A stretch of DNA of 60,952 nt from contig JAHIVG010000103.1 of the NCBI GenBank assembly GCA_018816705.1, forward strand, positions 1-60,952, in the 5' to 3' direction. This document shows, piece after piece, positions 56,790 to 60,952 of the stretch; positions within the stretch are counted from its first letter, which is position 1, and each line of letters begins with the position of its first letter. A program made the position numbers and the translations under genes. The stretch is from Nanobdellota archaeon. GTDB lineage: Archaea > Nanobdellota > Nanobdellia > Woesearchaeales > JAHIVG01. The notes below the pieces were generated by a model, which saw only the letters and a program-made list of their open reading frames with translations, did no database searches and was not told where the DNA came from.

Positions 56790-57224
56790 CTATGACAGCA
56801 TTGCAACAGGTCATTCATAAAGTTTTTGTTTTGTAAAGTCAATTAAATTATTAGCCGCGGGCCCTGTTAGGTGTAAATGATATTCCACTCGGCAGCAACA
56901 ATAATGGCACGGACGGCCAAACGCGAGAGATTGCCTGGGCAATTTCTGTGTGCCAGAAATCTACGATTTCTGAGCAGCCAGGCTTTGTCCTATTCCGCTG
57001 ACTGGAACCGTAAACTTCGTCTACGCGCAGTCACTCGTTCCGCTCGCTCGGCTGTTAAATCAGAGATTTAACAACCCAGTCAGCTCCATCCGGCCATTGT
57101 TGCTGCCTCGCCTCTGGCGAACTAACAGCAGTCAATTGGCCTCTTCATCGGCTGAGCCTAAAAGATTTTCATCAGAGCCAAAAATCCCAAAAGTTTTATT
57201 AAGACCTACTGTTTTGTAGTTACC

Positions 57225-57857
57225 ATGATCGGCATAATAAGACGGTTCATAAACAAGTTCTTCAACGGGCTCTTCAAGAAGAAGAAGCACATCAAGCTGG
57301 GGCTATACGGACCCCCAAACGGGGGCAAGACAACGCTGGCCAACAGGATCTGCAAGGACTGGCTCGGGGAAGAGATGGGCAAGGTCTCGAACATACCTCA
57401 CGAGACGCGTGAGATACAGATAAAGGAGCAGATAGTCATCAAGTCAGGCGGCAAGGAGCTTTCCTTCAACCTCGTGGATACGCCGGGAATAGCCACAAAG
57501 ATAGACTATGAGGACTTCCTCAAGAGCGGCATGAAGGAGAAGGAGGCCAAGATCAGGGCGAAGGAGGCTACCAAGGGTGTCATCGATGCCATAAGATGGC
57601 TTGACGACATGGACCTCGTCATCGTGGTGTTAGACGCCACAGCAGACCCGTATTCCCAGGTCAACATCACGATAATCGGGAACCTCCAGGCGAGGGACAT
57701 CCCTGTGCTGCTGGTGGGCAACAAGGTGGACCTGAAGAGGGCTAAGCTCAAGAGGGTCCAATCTGCATTCCCGCAGTACAATCTGGTAGGCATATCCGCA
57801 AAATACGGAAACAGCATGGAGGAGTTTTATGAGGCGCTTTTCAAGATAGCTTCCTAA
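57225..57857 (+). CDS. Small GTPase, OapA/ArvA-like
   Basis: LYGPPNGGKTTLANRI, PHETR, VDTPG, DPYSQVN, NKVD, ISA. Confidence 0.9.
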   Translation: MIGIIRRFINKFFNGLFKKKKHIKLGLYGPPNGGKTTLANRICKDWLGEEMGKVSNIPHETREIQIKEQIVIKSGGKELSFNLVDTPGIATKIDYEDFLKSGMKEKEAKIRAKEATKGVIDAIRWLDDMDLVIVVLDATADPYSQVNITIIGNLQARDIPVLLVGNKVDLKRAKLKRVQSAFPQYNLVGISAKYGNSMEEFYEALFKIAS

Positions 57858-57871
57858 AAAAGAGGTGTACC

Positions 57872-58249
57872 ATGTTAACCCTACAATTCATACCTTATGC
57901 AGAGATTCAGGGGCTGAGCTCCGGCAGGAGGACAAAGAAGCTCCTCGACGCAGCGAAGCAGAACAAGATAGTGCTTCTCCAGGGCAGGCTGACAAAGCAG
58001 GAAGAAGCAGACCTGATACAGAAGACCATGGAGCAGATAGACGACAAGTTCAAGGGGATAGAGCTCTCCGTGATCGCGCCCGGCAACATGGACGGCGCAT
58101 GGCATGAGAAGGTCAAGCAGCAGCTGCTGAGCCTGCTGATGGGCGACAGGGAAGGCTTCACCATCATAGGCCCCGCGACGATAGTCAAGGAGATAAGGAA
58201 AGACCCACACAAGATACAGCTCCTGATGAAGGACAAGAGGAAAAGATAA
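57872..58249 (+). CDS. DUF2073 (OapB/ArvB) protein
   Basis: IVLLQGRL..EEADLIQKTM..FKGIE..TIIGPA. Confidence 0.88.
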   Translation: MLTLQFIPYAEIQGLSSGRRTKKLLDAAKQNKIVLLQGRLTKQEEADLIQKTMEQIDDKFKGIELSVIAPGNMDGAWHEKVKQQLLSLLMGDREGFTIIGPATIVKEIRKDPHKIQLLMKDKRKR

Positions 58250-58623
58250 TGCCCCACCAATGCGTGAGATGCAACAAGTTCTACACAGATGGTGCTGAGG
58301 AGATCCTGAAAGGGTGCACGTGCGGCGGCAGGCTGTTCTTCTACGTCAAGAAGGATTCTCTTGACAAGCTCAAGAAGGAGACTGTAAAGCTCTCTGACAG
58401 CCAGAAGAAGGAGATCGAAAAGGATGCCTTTGAGCTCGTGGGCGCGGACATAAACAGCGACGAGCCCATAGTGCTGGATTTCGAGAGCATAAGGATAATG
58501 AAGCCTGGCAGCTACCAGATAGACCTCGTGAACCTCTTCAGTAAACAACCGCTGATCTACAAGCTGGAGGAAGGCAAGTACATGATCGACCTGCCAGAGA
58601 CCTTCAAGAACATCAAAGAGTAA
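58249..58623 (+). CDS. DUF2072 Zn-ribbon (OapC/ArvC) protein
   Basis: MPHQCVRC..ILKGCTCGGRLFFYV..ESIRI..PGSYQIDL. Confidence 0.9.
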   Translation: MPHQCVRCNKFYTDGAEEILKGCTCGGRLFFYVKKDSLDKLKKETVKLSDSQKKEIEKDAFELVGADINSDEPIVLDFESIRIMKPGSYQIDLVNLFSKQPLIYKLEEGKYMIDLPETFKNIKE

Positions 58624-58655
58624 CCTTTAAATAAGCTTCTCCCAAATGATGCGAT

Positions 58656-59246
58656 ATGGCCAAAGCCGAACCGCTGGGTCTGCATGTGACTAACTACGAG
58701 GTGAAGAGCCAGCAGTTCCCGTTCCACAGCAAGAGCTTCTACGTCATGATCCACGAATGGATGCTGGAGCATGAGTTCGCACCGGATGCTGCAGACCCTA
58801 ACTTCCCTGAGACCATGTACTACGAGTCCAGACAGCAGGATGGCAACAAGGAGATCTGGTGCTGGTGGCGCAACAAATACGTGCCCGAAGAGAACCCTTT
58901 CTACAGGTATGCCCTCAACATAAACATGCACTGGCTAGGGGCCAAGGACCAAGACGTCGTCCAGGACGGCAGGAAGATAAGGCTGCAGTCGGGAGAATTT
59001 TGGTTCATCGTCCAGGCAGTGCTCGAGGTCGATTATCAGGGTAAGTGGAGGAATCACTGGCTACTGAAGCACCTGCTCGAGACCTTCTGGAAGCGGTTTA
59101 TCTGGAAAGACCTGGAGAAGCACAAACACGAGTTGCACAACATCGCCTACGAGCTGAGGAAGGACGTCATGGAATTCCTGCAGACGAGGCAACCGAGGAA
59201 AGTACCTAGGTCATGGTGGCCCGAGAAGGGGCATATAACGCACTGA
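58656..59246 (+). CDS. Conserved hypothetical protein
   Basis: Own TATA (TTTAAATA at about 58626); aromatic-rich; host codon usage. Confidence 0.75.
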   Translation: MAKAEPLGLHVTNYEVKSQQFPFHSKSFYVMIHEWMLEHEFAPDAADPNFPETMYYESRQQDGNKEIWCWWRNKYVPEENPFYRYALNINMHWLGAKDQDVVQDGRKIRLQSGEFWFIVQAVLEVDYQGKWRNHWLLKHLLETFWKRFIWKDLEKHKHELHNIAYELRKDVMEFLQTRQPRKVPRSWWPEKGHITH

Positions 59247-59357
59247 GTTCTGGGAAAAATATATAAACCGCCTTTAAATACTCGACCGCGTGCCTCCGTA
59301 GTACACTCAGAAATCATAAAAATGATTTCTTCGTAACTACGGATGCTCGCTTCGCTC

Positions 59358-59430
59358 GCCTCCGTAGCATAGTAGCTATTGCGTGGGACTTGTAATCCCA
59401 AGGTCGTGGGTGCGAATCCCACCGGAGGCT
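59358..59430 (+). tRNA. tRNA-Thr(TGT)
   Basis: Acceptor GCCTCCG/CGGAGGC, anticodon arm TGGGA-CTTGTAA-TCCCA, T-arm GTGGG-TGCGAAT-CCCAC. Confidence 0.93.
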
Positions 59431-59822
59431 GTCAAGAACCACTGGTCATAGACTGGTGGTGTGTATGTAAGTGACCATACCAATGGGTGTGGTTCTTGAC
59501 TTACGAATGTAACCAGTGGATTCACTGCTAGTGAAGACGCTGGTGGAATGAGTGTATTCAATATCCTGGCGGCAATCAATCTCACGACAATTGCGGACTT
59601 CTTGATAATTGTTTACATCTGTACGACAAGGCGATAGTTCGCAAAATACGTCTAAGGGGAACCTTATCTGAAGGTAGGGCTAAAGGATAACAATTGTCCA
59701 TACAAAATCTATGGTAACCCGGCACGGCAGGAGGGTCTATTTCCCTAACTAAGTCAAATAACCACTACTGAGTGGTCAAAAAACCGAAAGATTTAAATAG
59801 TGAGCTTCATTTCATCAAAACC

Positions 59823-60635
59823 ATGGAAGAAGGGTCATCTGCTTCAAAACTTGAAGCCGAACTTAACCGGGAAAGAGCAGGGAGATTGCGTGATAGTTAT
59901 GACGGACCAATTAGCTTTCTTTCTTCAGTTTTTGAAAAATTCAGAACACCTGAGTTAGAATCTTATCAACTCAACAGGCTAATTTTGGGTCGGGGAGGAA
60001 TTGGTGAAGTTGCTGCCCGAATTGCTGAGGTCACAAAACGTGTTAAGAGCTACACACCCACAGATAATGAAGATACTTTGGCCTATATACAAAACCTTGC
60101 TTCGTTTCTTATTGAAGAACAACATTACTTTTTGGCCCACACGCCCGATTCCGCTGTTGAAGAGGCTGCTTCAATTCTACGCGATTATGCAAAGAGATGC
60201 AAAGAACAGTTGCCAACTCACCCTGATGAAGACACACCAAGTCTTATTGGTTATATTCAGCTTCTAGAACCTGCAGATTATAAACCTGCTGACGATCCTC
60301 AGATGAAAATTTTTAAAGATGAACATGCACAGCCTCTTGTTAACCGTGTTAGGGACACCCTATTAACTGATAATCTTGACTGGACTGCAAGAGTAAACCA
60401 AATCGCTAAATATATTGAAGAAACCGTTCCAAATCCTCCCTGGGGATCCAATCCCGAATTATATTTCATTTGGGGAGTGCAGGCGATTCTAGACAGAGAT
60501 GTTAAAATCGGGCATCTAAACGGATTAGTCGCAAAAGGAGAATTCGATCATTCATCATTAAACAAGCTTTCTGAAGCCATAGAAACATATCATACAAAAC
60601 ATAAAAAAATTACTGCAGATCATCCCTTTTTTTAA
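59823..60635 (+). CDS. Orphan helical hypothetical protein in AT-rich DNA
   Basis: Long ORF; GAAAGATTTAAATA promoter favours a leaderless ATG at 59823. Confidence 0.65.
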   Translation: MEEGSSASKLEAELNRERAGRLRDSYDGPISFLSSVFEKFRTPELESYQLNRLILGRGGIGEVAARIAEVTKRVKSYTPTDNEDTLAYIQNLASFLIEEQHYFLAHTPDSAVEEAASILRDYAKRCKEQLPTHPDEDTPSLIGYIQLLEPADYKPADDPQMKIFKDEHAQPLVNRVRDTLLTDNLDWTARVNQIAKYIEETVPNPPWGSNPELYFIWGVQAILDRDVKIGHLNGLVAKGEFDHSSLNKLSEAIETYHTKHKKITADHPFF

Positions 60636-60952
60636 TAATTTGTTCTTCGGCTTTTCATGTGCTTTTTCTGAATTCTAAACCTGGGACCAAATACAGCTGA
60701 ACCTCCCTAGTTCCATGGATATACTAGACTCAAACAGCAAGAAAACCAAATAACCCCCCAAAATTGTTATTAGAATATGTGTAAGGCAGTATCCTACACC
60801 CCTCTAACCTATTCGCCTTCTAAGTAATAAGCGAACCAATCTAAAAGCCGATGAAATCTCAGGAAGAACCGGAAGAAAAGAGGGCCTGTACTTTAGAATG
60901 CGAAAGTTTTTATTCTAACTGGTAATCCGTTGGCTTCATGGACTATAAGACA

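Noticed and set aside
56880-57010. ORB elements beside oapA
   Set aside because: TTCCACTCGG and TTCC..TGGAAC match the ORB consensus only weakly, lack G-strings and lie inside a palindromic element.
59376-59585. Minus-strand ORFs overlapping tRNA-Thr
   Set aside because: Antisense to a tRNA, with no protein features.
60636-60952. Possible gene at the window end
   Set aside because: No ORF of 60 aa or more in the track and no recognisable motif.

Overview
Archaeal chromosomal fragment, most consistent with a DPANN/Woesearchaeota-type genome. The evidence is RadA, RadB, RPA, PAN, ABCE1, MBF1, a fused PriS-PriL primase, class III signal-peptide pilins, BRE/TATA promoters about 25 nt before often leaderless starts, and tRNAs with BHB introns. 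It is mostly housekeeping DNA, with AT-rich orphan enzyme genes, a family of short TIR-bounded MITEs (one with a perfect 9-bp target duplication), three tRNAs, a C/D-box sRNA candidate, a two-synthase polysaccharide operon and an oapABC/arvABC-like operon. The most striking unexplained locus is 31.85-34.4 kb. There, a coiled-coil + winged-HTH gene is followed directly by about 16 GTGAC/GTCAC units, and the array is flanked by a second motif (TCTCACTTTT) that reverses strand across it. This is a candidate replication-origin, centromere or terminus-type module. Its function is inferred, not shown. All calls come from reading motifs by eye; no searches were run.
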